Counted from the whole stretch's first letter, positions 10,602 to 20,623 are shown. The stretch is DNA of 63,986 nucleotides, filler included, from an uncultured bacterium (GCA_964449065.1; 8 parts of 8 records of this genome joined end to end with filler, not necessarily neighbours in it), one strand, 5' to 3'. The notes: generated from the letters alone by a model not told the origin. Translations and numbers: made by a program.

Positions 10602-11294
10602 ATGGATACCTTCACCAACTTGGTTATGATTTTCATCAGCGCGGTGCTGATTAAGAACTTTGTCCTCTATTACTTTGTAGGAATATGCCCGTTCTTGGGT
10701 GTATCGCGCAAGGTGGATACCGCATTTGGGATGGGGTGTGCCGCAACGTTTGTGATGTGCATCGCCGCCTTTTTGAGTTGGCTGATTACCTATTATATTC
10801 TACGCCCCGGCGCTCCTATACCTGCTTGGATTTGGGAAACCGCGGGAGGAGAAGCCGGTGTGGAAATCGATTTGACAATCCTCAGTTACATCATTTACAT
10901 ATTCGTCATTGCCGCGTCGGTGCAGTTCGTGGAAATGTATGTACGAAAATTCCTGCCGAAACTCCATAAGCAATTCGGTATCTTTTTGCCGCTCATCACC
11001 ACCAACTGCGCGATCTTGTTTGCCTGTTTGGAGATATTAAAACATCTGAGAGACCCCAACAAATTGTGGGGATTCTTGGAAGCAATGACCCTGGCTGTCG
11101 GCGGCGGCGTTGGTTTTACGATTGCCATTGTGCTGATGGCGGGCATTCGGTATGAACTCGATTCCTGCGATGTGCCGAAACCGTTTAAAGGGGCGGGGAT
11201 CGCGTTACTCGTCGCCGGCATTTTGGCGATGGCGTTTATGGGCTTTGCCGGGGTAGACCGCGGCATTGCCGAGGCCATTCAGAAACTGCGATAA
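10602..11294 (+). CDS. rnfA: Rnf complex subunit A
   Basis: [35 protein letters not shown]. Confidence 0.95.
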   Translation: MDTFTNLVMIFISAVLIKNFVLYYFVGICPFLGVSRKVDTAFGMGCAATFVMCIAAFLSWLITYYILRPGAPIPAWIWETAGGEAGVEIDLTILSYIIYIFVIAASVQFVEMYVRKFLPKLHKQFGIFLPLITTNCAILFACLEILKHLRDPNKLWGFLEAMTLAVGGGVGFTIAIVLMAGIRYELDSCDVPKPFKGAGIALLVAGILAMAFMGFAGVDRGIAEAIQKLR

Positions 11295-11307
11295 TTGGAA
11301 GGTGAAT

Positions 11308-12219
11308 ATGGCTGCTGTAATTACGATAGGAATTGCCGTTGCCGTCATGCTCTTGTTGGCGGTATGTATGTCGTATGTGTTGGGCTGTGCGAATGAGGCC
11401 TTTCACGTCGAAGTTGATCCGAAAGTGGAGTTAATCAACGATGCGCTGCCCGGCTCCAACTGTGGCGGATGCGGTTATGTCGGCTGTATGGAATATGCCG
11501 AAGCGGTCGCAAGAGGGGACGCCTCTGCCACCTTGTGCGCCCCTGGAGGTTCAAGCACAGCGCAACAACTGGGTGAGATTATGGGTGTGGATGTATCGAA
11601 TGCGCTTCCCTACCGCGCGGTTGTGCATTGCACCGCGACCAGCGACCAACGCTTACAGAAAATGCCGTATTACGGCGAACAAACCTGCCATGCCGCAAAC
11701 TTGGTTTCGGGAGTGCAGGGCTGCACTTATGGCTGCTTGGGGTTGGCCGATTGTGTTGAGTCCTGTGATTATGACGCCATCCACATCCGGCAAGGTGTGG
11801 CGGTGGTGGATTATGATAACTGCATCGGATGCAAAGCATGCGCGGAGGTTTGCCCGCGCAATATCATCACCATGGTTCCCTTTAAACAAGAAAAAGTGTT
11901 TGTGGTTGGCTGCTGCAACAAAGACTTTGCCGCGGATGTAAAATCGGTATGCAAAGTGGGATGCACCGGCTGCTCGGCCTGCACTAAGGTTACCGATCTC
12001 CTAGCAATGGAAGGCAAACTGCCGGTGGTTGACTATAACAAATATGCTCCCGAAAACATCGATTTCAGCGCCATTCAGGATAAGTGTAAGATGGGGCGTT
12101 TGATGTTTGTCGGCAAGCCCACCTCGGAAGAAAGAACCGCCGTTGAGGATGAAGAAGTACCGGAAACGGTATACGCCGACTTTAAGACAACCGTCGATAA
12201 ATCCGATTGGTGGGGATGA
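11308..12219 (+). CDS. rnfB: Rnf complex subunit B (polyferredoxin)
   Basis: LPGSNCGGCGYVGC, CAPGG, CTYGCLGLADC, CIGCKACAEVCP. Confidence 0.95.
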   Translation: MAAVITIGIAVAVMLLLAVCMSYVLGCANEAFHVEVDPKVELINDALPGSNCGGCGYVGCMEYAEAVARGDASATLCAPGGSSTAQQLGEIMGVDVSNALPYRAVVHCTATSDQRLQKMPYYGEQTCHAANLVSGVQGCTYGCLGLADCVESCDYDAIHIRQGVAVVDYDNCIGCKACAEVCPRNIITMVPFKQEKVFVVGCCNKDFAADVKSVCKVGCTGCSACTKVTDLLAMEGKLPVVDYNKYAPENIDFSAIQDKCKMGRLMFVGKPTSEERTAVEDEEVPETVYADFKTTVDKSDWWG

Positions 12220-12255
12220 CTTCACCAAGCGCGTTTGAGAGTTGGATAGATAGAA

Positions 12256-12296
12256 TCTGTCGTTGTTCCCCCCTTATTAAGGGGGTAGAGGGGATC
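12256..12296. repeat. Partial copy of hairpin repeat family D between convergent rnfB and tonB
   Basis: TCTGTCGTTGTTCCCCCCTTATTAAGGGGGTAGAGGGGATC matches 60184-60228. Confidence 0.7.
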
Positions 12297-12378
12297 AAAG
12301 ACGATTTCTTTCTATCTACGCAAACGGGTATTCAACCAAGAAAATAAACATCATCGCATACAAACTAAGATATCTGTA

Positions 12379-13071
12379 TCACTTCAACTGAAACCGGACC
12401 GGCACCAAAACTTCGCCGGCGATGGTTTCTCCATCCCGTAACGCGGGCGTGAATTGCCATTGTTGAACGGCTTCCAATGCTTCCCGGTCTAAAATTTTGT
12501 GGCCGGATGATTTGTGTACCCGAACCTGAACCGCCAACCCTTCCTGGCTGACTTCCACCCATAAAATCACAGTCCCTTCATATCTATTGCGTCGTGCAGA
12601 GCGGGGATAATCAGGGGCCGGATTGCTTTTGTAATCCGCGGTTTTTACCCAGGGTACCGGTTTTTCCACGATCGGCTTTTGGGTGGGTTTGTCCGTGGGT
12701 TTGTTTTTTGGAGGCTCGATCACCTCGGTTTTTTCGGGAGTCGGCTCTTCGGTTGCCGCGGGGGTTGGTTTTGGCGTGACCTCATTCTTTGTTGGTACAG
12801 GAGTCGGCTTTTTCGTCGGTTTCTTTGTCGGTTTGGGGGTTGGTTTCTCGGTTGGCTTCGGAGTAGGCTCTGGAGTGGGTTCCGGTTTCGGTTCTTGTGT
12901 GGGAATTTCGGTGGGCACGGGTTCTTCCGGCATGACGGATTGGATGGTCATCTTGAGCGGCTTAGGGCTTTTGACCGACACTTTGGGTGACGAGGAAAAG
13001 TCCGGCGCCATCGCCAATAACATTCCATGCAGCAATAACGAAAATATGATTCCAATTGGTAAGCGTTTCAT
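12379..13071 (-). CDS. tonB: Energy transducer TonB
   Basis: N-terminal TM with SxxxH, Pro/Lys/Thr-rich linker, YPRSARR..EGTV..KSSGH.ILD.EALEAV..WQFTPA C-domain. Confidence 0.93.
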   Translation of the reverse strand: MKRLPIGIIFSLLLHGMLLAMAPDFSSSPKVSVKSPKPLKMTIQSVMPEEPVPTEIPTQEPKPEPTPEPTPKPTEKPTPKPTKKPTKKPTPVPTKNEVTPKPTPAATEEPTPEKTEVIEPPKNKPTDKPTQKPIVEKPVPWVKTADYKSNPAPDYPRSARRNRYEGTVILWVEVSQEGLAVQVRVHKSSGHKILDREALEAVQQWQFTPALRDGETIAGEVLVPVRFQLK

Positions 13072-13496
13072 TCATCCGGCTCCACGGTAAAGATGACATT
13101 GCTGAACCCAACCTGCCGTACGATATCCACCGCTTTCATAATGCGGTTGTGTACCGCTTCTCCATCTCCATTTAAAAAAACAGGCTGTTCATTTTCTTCT
13201 TCATAAGCGGCCAGTAGCAGTTCTTTCAGTTCATCGTCACCGACCTGTTCTTTGTTGTAAAAGAACACCCCTTCATCATCGACCGTAATGACAATCGATT
13301 CTTGTTCTGTCGGGGTGCTTTCGCCGCTCTCCGCCTTTGCTAAGTTCACAAAGATTCCCTTTTGCAGCACCATGCTCATTATCACCACCATAAAGAACGC
13401 CAAGAGCAGAAACATCACATCCACCAGCGGCAGGATATCGACCCGGCTGGAACGCGAAAACCGCTGCCTGCGCGCGCTGACCGCGATATTCTTCAT
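13068..13496 (-). CDS. exbD: Biopolymer transport protein ExbD
   Basis: ILPLVDVMFLLLAFFM motif; between exbB and tonB. Confidence 0.92.
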   Translation of the reverse strand: MKNIAVSARRQRFSRSSRVDILPLVDVMFLLLAFFMVVIMSMVLQKGIFVNLAKAESGESTPTEQESIVITVDDEGVFFYNKEQVGDDELKELLLAAYEEENEQPVFLNGDGEAVHNRIMKAVDIVRQVGFSNVIFTVEPDE

Positions 13497-14164
13497 TCGG
13501 CTATTTCTCCTTCGCTGATTGTATGAAGCATGGCGGATGGATCAATGGAACTCGCGTCAGGCTTTGCGTTCAATGAGATGGCCAGTTCTTCCGCGTATTG
13601 CTCTAAGCGCGCCACATGCTTGTTGGCAATTGAGACGAAAAAGTTATGCACCACCAAACTGGGAACGGCGATGATCAAGCCGATAGCCGTAGTCAGCAGC
13701 GCTTCTGACAGTCCATCTCCAACCGCTTGCGGATTGGTGTTCATGGAGTCTCCCAACGCGTTGAAAGACTGCATAATGCCGAGGATGGTGCCTAAAATGC
13801 CCAGCAAAGGGGCGATAGCCACAATGGTATCCAGCCCCCGCAGGTTGGCGCTGGTGCGGTCGGTGATGCGGTTGAGTTCCAACTCAAACACTTCGATCAA
13901 ATGCGCTTTGTTGCCCTGATGAAGCAGGGATGATATCCGCTGCAAAATAGGATTCCGGGTGCTTTGCGCCAGGAGAAAGGCTTCATCCAGATGCCCCTCA
14001 TCCACCAAACCACAGAACGATTCCATATCCTGCATTTTGGTGCGGCGTTTTTCCAAAATCCAAAACACCGCCCGTTCTATCATAATGGCGACGGAAATCA
14101 GCGAACAGGTAAGCAGAAAGTACATCACCGGCCCGCCCCGTTCGATTAAATCGAAAAATAACAT
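13493..14164 (-). CDS. exbB: MotA/TolQ/ExbB proton channel
   Basis: APLLGILGTILGI, GLSEALLTTAIGLIIAVP. Confidence 0.92.
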   Translation of the reverse strand: MLFFDLIERGGPVMYFLLTCSLISVAIMIERAVFWILEKRRTKMQDMESFCGLVDEGHLDEAFLLAQSTRNPILQRISSLLHQGNKAHLIEVFELELNRITDRTSANLRGLDTIVAIAPLLGILGTILGIMQSFNALGDSMNTNPQAVGDGLSEALLTTAIGLIIAVPSLVVHNFFVSIANKHVARLEQYAEELAISLNAKPDASSIDPSAMLHTISEGEIAE

Positions 14165-14170
14165 GTATTA

Positions 14171-15922
14171 TTATCCTTTTGAAATAGAGTCGTTCTTGAC
14201 TATTTTTCTATCCAACCAGAACCACACAATGGATGTGATAAGAATACATAACCACATCAATATGATGATTATATAAAATACAAAAGGGGGATTCGGGATA
14301 ATGGATGAACCCATTTGTTGGCTGCCATCTTGACCGGAGATATTCTCTTTGGTGAAATCGGATACGGAAAACGGAATGGTGATTTGATGAATTTTTCCAG
14401 ACCACTCTTCAATTTCAAAATCAATCCACAATTCATTGAATTCTTGATCAGCAACAGGTATTGTTGCTTTAAGGAAGTGCAGTGAATTTTGGGCATCTTC
14501 TTGAATAATGCTGTTTTGATTGGATGAACGCAGATTGAAAGCAGCGTGTTTAAAATTGGCTGTACTAGAACCCTCTTTGGTAAAATAAAGATAAACATCG
14601 GCTTTGTTTTTGTTTATCATATTATGTCCGCAAAATATTTCCACATTCCAAGGTCCGATTGTTTTATGACAAAGAGGTATCCACGTAAAAGGTTCCGTTT
14701 GTCTTTTGTTATATCCATAAACAAAACAACAAGCAATCCAGAATAATATTGTTATCATGACAAATGTCCGAAGTGGAAAGGCAACGGATTGAATGGAAGT
14801 TTTATTTTGTAGTCCAGCGCCCGTTAAACCGCTTTTGCGAAATGAAAGATAGGCTCCACTTAATATTAACACCGGGAGGCAAAAAGCAAAAAGTGCCCAT
14901 AGAATTTTTGTGAAGACCCCTCCAAAATAACCGAAGTGCAGCGAATCGGCAGCATTGACCCACCATTTCAGCAGCGTGCTTTCTTTGGATTTGCGGATAT
15001 CAATCACTTCACCCGAATAGGGATCCAGATAAACCGCATTTGCCCGGTCACGGGTAAAGAAATGCCCGACCCGGCCTTGAATCGTAACCGCACCATCCGG
15101 TGAAGAAGGCATGTATACCCCCGTTGGCTGCAATTGTGGAAAAACGCTCTTCGCGGCATCGATATACTCATCAACCGGTAATAATTGTGGACTGGAGCCA
15201 TAATGCTTGAGTTGACTTTTAGACAGTTTGGGTGCGGAAGAATACGCGATATCTCGTGGTACAACATCCCTTTCCAACAAATACCATACTCCAGTGATGC
15301 TGATGATGATGCCGAATAACATCGACCAGACCCCGATAAACCGGTGCAGGCTTGACCAAAATGCGGGGTAGCCTTTGCCAAACCGGATGTAAAAAAGGCT
15401 TTTCCACCACCCTTTAAAAAACAAGAGGCCGCTGACCAAAGAAAACAACAATGGAAAAGAAACAAAGCAGACCAAATAAAACCCATAGGAAGAAAAGAAA
15501 TTATAATGAAACTGCCGGATGAAATCGGTTAAATACATACGGGTTCCATACCGGACAATTTCCGCGGTATAAGGATTGACGCGCAATTGCATCGAATTTC
15601 CGTCCGGCGCTGTGATATACGATCCCCAAGCCAAACTGTCCAGCATATTCGGTTCACCCATGGCGAAACCGCCGATGGAATGATAAGGATATGCTTTTTT
15701 TAAAGCGTCATAAGTTTCTTGCCATAGGATGGTGTCCGTTGGCTCTATTCGTAATGATTTGTCGGTCAGCCATTCGATTTCATGCGTTAATGCCGCCACC
15801 GCTCCGGTAAAGCACACGATGGTTAACAGCAGACCGAAATTTAACCCTAACCAGCCGTGAATCGCAAATAGGCGCTTTGAAGTCAGCCACTTTTTTTGTT
15901 CTTTTTTCTTGTTTGTTTCCAT
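14171..15922 (-). CDS. PepSY-associated TM helix protein with a long C-terminal extension
   Basis: HGWLGL, RQFHYN, LHRFIGVW, YLDPYSGEV, SLHFGYFGG motifs. Confidence 0.88.
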   Translation of the reverse strand: METNKKKEQKKWLTSKRLFAIHGWLGLNFGLLLTIVCFTGAVAALTHEIEWLTDKSLRIEPTDTILWQETYDALKKAYPYHSIGGFAMGEPNMLDSLAWGSYITAPDGNSMQLRVNPYTAEIVRYGTRMYLTDFIRQFHYNFFSSYGFYLVCFVSFPLLFSLVSGLLFFKGWWKSLFYIRFGKGYPAFWSSLHRFIGVWSMLFGIIISITGVWYLLERDVVPRDIAYSSAPKLSKSQLKHYGSSPQLLPVDEYIDAAKSVFPQLQPTGVYMPSSPDGAVTIQGRVGHFFTRDRANAVYLDPYSGEVIDIRKSKESTLLKWWVNAADSLHFGYFGGVFTKILWALFAFCLPVLILSGAYLSFRKSGLTGAGLQNKTSIQSVAFPLRTFVMITILFWIACCFVYGYNKRQTEPFTWIPLCHKTIGPWNVEIFCGHNMINKNKADVYLYFTKEGSSTANFKHAAFNLRSSNQNSIIQEDAQNSLHFLKATIPVADQEFNELWIDFEIEEWSGKIHQITIPFSVSDFTKENISGQDGSQQMGSSIIPNPPFVFYIIIILMWLCILITSIVWFWLDRKIVKNDSISKG

Positions 15923-15954
15923 CTTTTGATACTTTATAATCCGTCAGCATAATC

Positions 15955-15985
15955 CGTCAGCGGCATAGAAGATGCCGCTGACGGA
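15955..15985 (-). terminator. Strong hairpin upstream of the PepSY gene (terminator or intercistronic stem)
   Basis: TCCGTCAGCGGCAT-AGAAG-ATGCCGCTGACGGA, with a tandem duplication of ATAATCCGTCAGC. Confidence 0.5.
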
Positions 15986-16005
15986 AAGAGTACGTTTATT
16001 TGTTT

Positions 16006-16059
16006 AACTCATGTTACGCACTACATTATGATATACCCGTTTTTCTAATCGTTCGCTGA
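16006..16059 (-). mobile_element. MITE family A, right end (reverse orientation), cut by contig end
   Basis: AACTCATGTTACGCACTACATTATGATATACCCGTTTTTCT is the reverse complement of 16235-16288. Confidence 0.85.
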
Positions 16060-16159
16060 NNNNNNNNNNNNNNNNNNNNNNNNNNNNNNNNNNNNNNNNN
16101 NNNTTAATTAATTAANNNNNNNNNNNNNNNNNNNNNNNNNNNNNNNNNNNNNNNNNNNN

Positions 16160-16288
16160 GCAGTAGCGTAAATAGAGGTTTATTCCTCCCGAACCCTCAC
16201 CCCGTCCCTCTCCCAGTGGGCGAGGGCGATAGATTCAGCGAACGATGAGAAAAACGGGTATATCATAATGTAGTGCGTAACATGACTT
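16160..16288 (+). mobile_element. MITE family A, right half
   Basis: Near-identical to 56380-56508; ends TGCGTAACATGACTT. Confidence 0.85.
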
Positions 16289-16405
16289 ATTAAGTCAATG
16301 GCATTGGGGTTAGGGTGGGATTGATGCTTTGGATTAGCAATTTTGCCTTTCAAATAACTGTATGTTTTGAAAGAGTATATTCTTGATTCACGAATGAATT
16401 TAAAT

Positions 16406-17485
16406 ATGTACAAATCTCTAATTCGGCCAATTTTATTCAAACTCCCGGCGGAAACCGCCCATAATATATCGTTTTCGCTAATGCAAAGCACGCAATGGAT
16501 GACGGGAATATTGCCCCGGCTTTTTGATATCAATGATCCCCGCTTGCAGCAAACGGTCTGGGGCATTCCGTTTCGCAATCCCATCGGTTTGGCGGGCGGC
16601 TTCGATAAAAACGCCCGCTGTGTTCCCTGGTGGAATTGGCTCGGGTTTTCGTTCGCGGAAATTGGTACGGTGACGCCCCTGCCGCAAACCGGCAATCCCA
16701 AACCGCGCCTGTTCCGCTACCCGGATGAACACGCCATTGTTAACCGCATGGGCTTTAACAACGCCGGCTCTGAAAAAGTTGCGCAGCAATTGAAACAATA
16801 TGCTGAAGCCATGTCGAATCAGAATTTTGTCATCGGTGCAAGTATCGGCAAACAAAAAGAAACCCCGGCGGATCAAATTGATCTGGTGATTCGCGATTAC
16901 CAAACTTCAATAGACTGCTTATACGACTTTAGCGATTACTTCGCGGTGAATGTGAGTTCACCCAACACCAAAGACTTACGCGCGCTGCAAGAACGCAATT
17001 CGTTGGAGAGTTTATTGCGCGCGTTAATTCAAACGTTGGATGAACTGGCGGCGGTAAACAATCAGCCCAAACGCAAACCCATCTGCGTAAAGATCGCCCC
17101 CGATTTAAATGACGAACAAATTGAAAACATTGTCGAGGTGGTAACCACCAACCGCATGGACGGCATCATCGCCACCAACACCACCAATCAAACCGGAGAC
17201 CGGGAATCCGGCGGATTAAGCGGGCAGCCCTTACGGGAACGGTCAACGGAAGTCATTCACCGCATCGCCCAACTCACGAAAGGTAAAGTTCCCATCATCG
17301 GCTGCGGCGGTATTTTTACCTTTGAAGACGCCTTAGAGAAACTCCAAGCAGGCGCGTGGCTGCTGCAAGTGTATACCGGCTTTGTCTATGAAGGCCCGGC
17401 AATGATACCGCGCATCAACCGCGAACTGGTACGCTGCATGGAAGAAAATGACATTCATCATATTGAAAATATACGATGTATTTGA
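16406..17485 (+). CDS. pyrD: Quinone-dependent dihydroorotate dehydrogenase (class 2)
   Basis: NPIGLAGGFDKN, GNPKPRLFR, NRMGFNN, NVSSPNT, KIAPD, GGLSGQP. Confidence 0.96.
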   Translation: MYKSLIRPILFKLPAETAHNISFSLMQSTQWMTGILPRLFDINDPRLQQTVWGIPFRNPIGLAGGFDKNARCVPWWNWLGFSFAEIGTVTPLPQTGNPKPRLFRYPDEHAIVNRMGFNNAGSEKVAQQLKQYAEAMSNQNFVIGASIGKQKETPADQIDLVIRDYQTSIDCLYDFSDYFAVNVSSPNTKDLRALQERNSLESLLRALIQTLDELAAVNNQPKRKPICVKIAPDLNDEQIENIVEVVTTNRMDGIIATNTTNQTGDRESGGLSGQPLRERSTEVIHRIAQLTKGKVPIIGCGGIFTFEDALEKLQAGAWLLQVYTGFVYEGPAMIPRINRELVRCMEENDIHHIENIRCI

Positions 17486-17530
17486 TGTTATACGGATTCA
17501 AATAAATTCTATGTGATTCCTCCATTAAAG

Positions 17531-17553
17531 GGGATCATCGGCTTCCAGCCGGT
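17531..17553. repeat. REP-like palindrome (ACCGGCTTCCAGCCGGT family)
   Basis: Copies at 24281-24306 and 24839-24864 (reverse complement). Confidence 0.6.
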
Positions 17554-17587
17554 ACCGCATACCGCATTTTATTTCATTGAAGCGGGA

Positions 17588-20062
17588 TTATAAGTTTTTA
17601 AGAATCGGTTTCACCCGCCGCGTAAATGTATGATCCGTTTGAATCCGCGCTTTTGCCGCCTCTGTAATGGCTCTGCGTTCATCCGGATGATCCAAATAAT
17701 ATTCCACTTTTTGCCGCAACTCGTTCGCGTCTTCATACAAAGCGATTTCCGTCTCCGGTTCAAAAAACTCTTTCATTCGTTCACCTGCATGCAAATGTAA
17801 GTCCGTCAACAAAAAGCCGTCACACACCGGGATATCGATATCGCGCTGATTGGGTCCGCTATGCAAATAGGGAGGGTGTATATTGAGAGAAATTCGGCTG
17901 GATGCGTAGAGATTGCAGCACTCATCATAGGATATACCGCGGCCTTGAAACGCCCCTTCAACCGGGGTATCTCTCAGCAGTTCATTCCAAGCGGAGTTGC
18001 CGTAGATTTTGATATCGAATCCGCCCAAAGCTAATAGCAATTCTAAGCGTCTGCGCCGGATACACTCTTGATGCAAATACAAAATCAATACCTGCATGGG
18101 TGTCATTCCCAATTTCAATCCGGTGGGATTCAGCATATCCGTAACGATGTTGATTGCTTCTTCTGATAACCCCGATGAATCAATCAACGAATGAATGGGT
18201 TGTTTTATTGTGGATAATTTCTGTTCAACAATGCGGTCCAATACAGACAATAGTTCATCCGGGCATTGCATCCGAAAAAACGATTGGTCTTCAATACTGC
18301 CCACAAAACAAACATCACACTGCAAGGGCTCTTTTTGAACATACGGCAATGGAAACGCCCCGACCAGCATTTCATCTTTCAAATTGCCATTGCGGTTTTG
18401 CAGGCGTTCACCAAATTCTTTCCAACTGTAATAAATGTCGTCGTATGGCCCATGCTTTTGTTGAATCAAATGATCCGGCTCATCCACATACCACACAATC
18501 CGTTTGATGGGGATATCTTTAATTCCGCGCACAAACAAATCAGATGCATGGCTGAGCGTGAACAAAAAATCCGGCGACCATTGCCGCACGGTTTTCAGCA
18601 AATGCAGCGTATCATACGCCGTGATCTTATCCGGCGGAAACGGCACGCGGTACTCAAACACCTCCAATCCATTTTCCCGAAACCCATGCGCCACCCCATG
18701 CCCCAACACAATCCAACAGGCAACCGAGGGGATCACCATCATGACTTTTTGATTCGCTGCCGGCGATTGAAACTTTTGTTTGAACGCCTCAGCGGCTTGG
18801 CGGAAATAGATGAATTTTTCTTTGGCTTTTTGTTGAAACGCCCGCATAAATTGCTTGGTTTGAGGGGCGGTTTCGTTGACGACTAAATCACCAAAAACAG
18901 GAAAAACACCGGAAGGCAAAACAAAATACGGTTCAATTTCATTGTCCAATGCTTCCATACAATTTTGAAAGGCATTCTCTCCCACAAACCAATACACATT
19001 GGGGAACTGAAACAGTTGAATGTAAGAATGGATTTTAAAATAGGATTGCAGCTTGATGAGGTCGGGTTCAATTATGATGATGGGACTGAACAGACTCAGA
19101 TCAGCCGCCTGCAAACTGAAGGGACACACGGCATCAATCCCCGCGATGAATAACCATTGTTTTTCCGGTGTATATCCACGATAACGGATAGACGGAAACG
19201 TTTCCGGCCTGAATTCGGCTGGAACCGTCCATTGAATGGTTTTGCCTTGTGTTTCATATTGCCCATGGAATTTGCCGTTACCAGACCAAATGAGTTGGGC
19301 TGCCGGTTCCGGTTTAAGTTGTTGAAAAACGGTATGCAATGGATGCTGAAGCGATTCCAGTGTAAGCCAATTCTCTTTTTCCGCATCCGTTCTGCATTCA
19401 AACAGATTGCCGGATTCTCCTTTTGAGACCGTTTTCTCTCCCTTGCAGTGATACAAGTCTGGATCCAAAACCTCCTCAAGATTTATGAATAATGTTCTTC
19501 CGGTCAGTGTTTCCAACTTTTTAAGATTGGTTTTCGGATTCGAAAACCAATCTTCATATTGCACATCAACACACGGAAAGTGAAATCTCGCAATATTTTG
19601 TTCCGCGCGTTGGATGTAATAATCGATAATCTCCCGGCTGGTTTGCAAATCCATGCGATAGGCGCGCGCCATCGATTCGGCAATCGCTTCCGGATTGCGG
19701 CGGGAAAAGATGATGCGGCAATCCTGGTCCCGCAAAACCGGTTCCCAAACCGGCAGGGTTAAACTAAACCGCGGATCTTTCACCGCGAAATCATGTTGGG
19801 GAAATGCAATAGGAATGTGTGTTCCAACACAGTCTTCAATCGCCTTTTCATCCGGCAAAGGATAAAGACTTTCCGTATCTCCCGATGCCTGCTGTAAGAT
19901 ACGAATATTAAAATTCATCACAGACTTCATCTCAAAATACCCGCGCGGGTTGTTTTCGTTATCGGCAATCCACCTGCTGCCGCAATCAAACCCGGCGGCT
20001 TGCAATACCTGCATCAGCAGCGACGTCCCGCTGCGGCCCATGCCCATGACCAAGAGTATCAT
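17588..20062 (-). CDS. Sulfotransferase-like domain fused to a CgeB/Glyco_trans_1_2-type glycosyltransferase
   Basis: N-term GMGRSGTS..NPRGYFE..VKDPR; C-term DVCFVGS, YASSRISLN, PNQR..IPVCDGFLLTD, DHTFTRR. Confidence 0.82.
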   Translation of the reverse strand: MILLVMGMGRSGTSLLMQVLQAAGFDCGSRWIADNENNPRGYFEMKSVMNFNIRILQQASGDTESLYPLPDEKAIEDCVGTHIPIAFPQHDFAVKDPRFSLTLPVWEPVLRDQDCRIIFSRRNPEAIAESMARAYRMDLQTSREIIDYYIQRAEQNIARFHFPCVDVQYEDWFSNPKTNLKKLETLTGRTLFINLEEVLDPDLYHCKGEKTVSKGESGNLFECRTDAEKENWLTLESLQHPLHTVFQQLKPEPAAQLIWSGNGKFHGQYETQGKTIQWTVPAEFRPETFPSIRYRGYTPEKQWLFIAGIDAVCPFSLQAADLSLFSPIIIIEPDLIKLQSYFKIHSYIQLFQFPNVYWFVGENAFQNCMEALDNEIEPYFVLPSGVFPVFGDLVVNETAPQTKQFMRAFQQKAKEKFIYFRQAAEAFKQKFQSPAANQKVMMVIPSVACWIVLGHGVAHGFRENGLEVFEYRVPFPPDKITAYDTLHLLKTVRQWSPDFLFTLSHASDLFVRGIKDIPIKRIVWYVDEPDHLIQQKHGPYDDIYYSWKEFGERLQNRNGNLKDEMLVGAFPLPYVQKEPLQCDVCFVGSIEDQSFFRMQCPDELLSVLDRIVEQKLSTIKQPIHSLIDSSGLSEEAINIVTDMLNPTGLKLGMTPMQVLILYLHQECIRRRRLELLLALGGFDIKIYGNSAWNELLRDTPVEGAFQGRGISYDECCNLYASSRISLNIHPPYLHSGPNQRDIDIPVCDGFLLTDLHLHAGERMKEFFEPETEIALYEDANELRQKVEYYLDHPDERRAITEAAKARIQTDHTFTRRVKPILKNL

Positions 20063-20107
20063 CTGTACCTCAACCGTTTTCAGATCGAATTCTTACGTTA
20101 AAATAAT

Positions 20108-20290
20108 ATGGAGGATAGTCTAATGTTCGAGCAGTGGAAAATCAAATTGCAGACGTGGCTCTCCCGCTTTCGCGGATTGGGGAAAGGCAGCGCCTTTCTC
20201 TGCGATTCGTGCAAGTGGAACTACGGCGACATCTGCACCCGCCCCGAGCGCCCCAACGCAGTGGCATGCCCGGAATACACGCCGAAGTAA
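20108..20290 (+). CDS. Small Cys-rich protein (CxxC-x6-C-x10-C)
   Basis: CDSCKWNYGDICTRPERPNAVACPEY; GGAGG could serve as RBS for ATG 20123. Confidence 0.6.
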   Translation: MEDSLMFEQWKIKLQTWLSRFRGLGKGSAFLCDSCKWNYGDICTRPERPNAVACPEYTPK

Positions 20291-20310
20291 ATATTCTTTT
20301 TTTGGAATTT

Positions 20311-20319
20311 TGCTATAAT
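20311..20319 (+). promoter_or_regulatory. Extended -10 promoter for the TA operon
   Basis: TGCTATAAT 37 nt before the ATG at 20357. Confidence 0.45.
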
Positions 20320-20356
20320 CTTTCCCAAAACCTATGATAAAGAAGGATGAGTAATC

Positions 20357-20623
20357 ATGCCGGATTTATTGATCAAGGATATTGATGATAACGTCATCGA
20401 AGGCTTGAAGCGGCAGGCGGAATCACACCAAAGAACCGTGGATGAAGAAGCGAAAGACATCCTGACGAAGAATATGGCTTCAACCCGGACGGAAATCGAC
20501 CCGGAAGAAAGAAAACGCAGGTTTGAAGACTGGAAAAAACGCCTGGATGAGATGAGAGAGAAAATCGGCCCCGTTCAAAGCGACAGTACCGAACATATAC
20601 GGGAAATGCGGGATAGCAGATGA
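20357..20623 (+). CDS. FitA-like ribbon-helix-helix antitoxin
   Basis: MPDLLIKDIDDNVIEGLKRQAESHQRTVDEEAKDIL...STEHIREMRD; ATGA overlap with PIN toxin. Confidence 0.88.
   Translation: MPDLLIKDIDDNVIEGLKRQAESHQRTVDEEAKDILTKNMASTRTEIDPEERKRRFEDWKKRLDEMREKIGPVQSDSTEHIREMRDSR

Noticed and set aside
12241..12324. GTTGGATAGATAGAA (also at 49134) with a weak inverted partner
   Set aside because: Imperfect, no TSD found; cannot be called an element
16006..16288. Apparent inverted repeat or invertible segment around the gap
   Set aside because: Two MITE right ends on different contigs, juxtaposed by length sorting
16180..16701. 173-aa minus-strand ORF, and similar antisense ORFs (28267-28947, 52949-53635, 60895-61626)
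   Set aside because: Antisense to well-supported genes or running into repeats; no motifs
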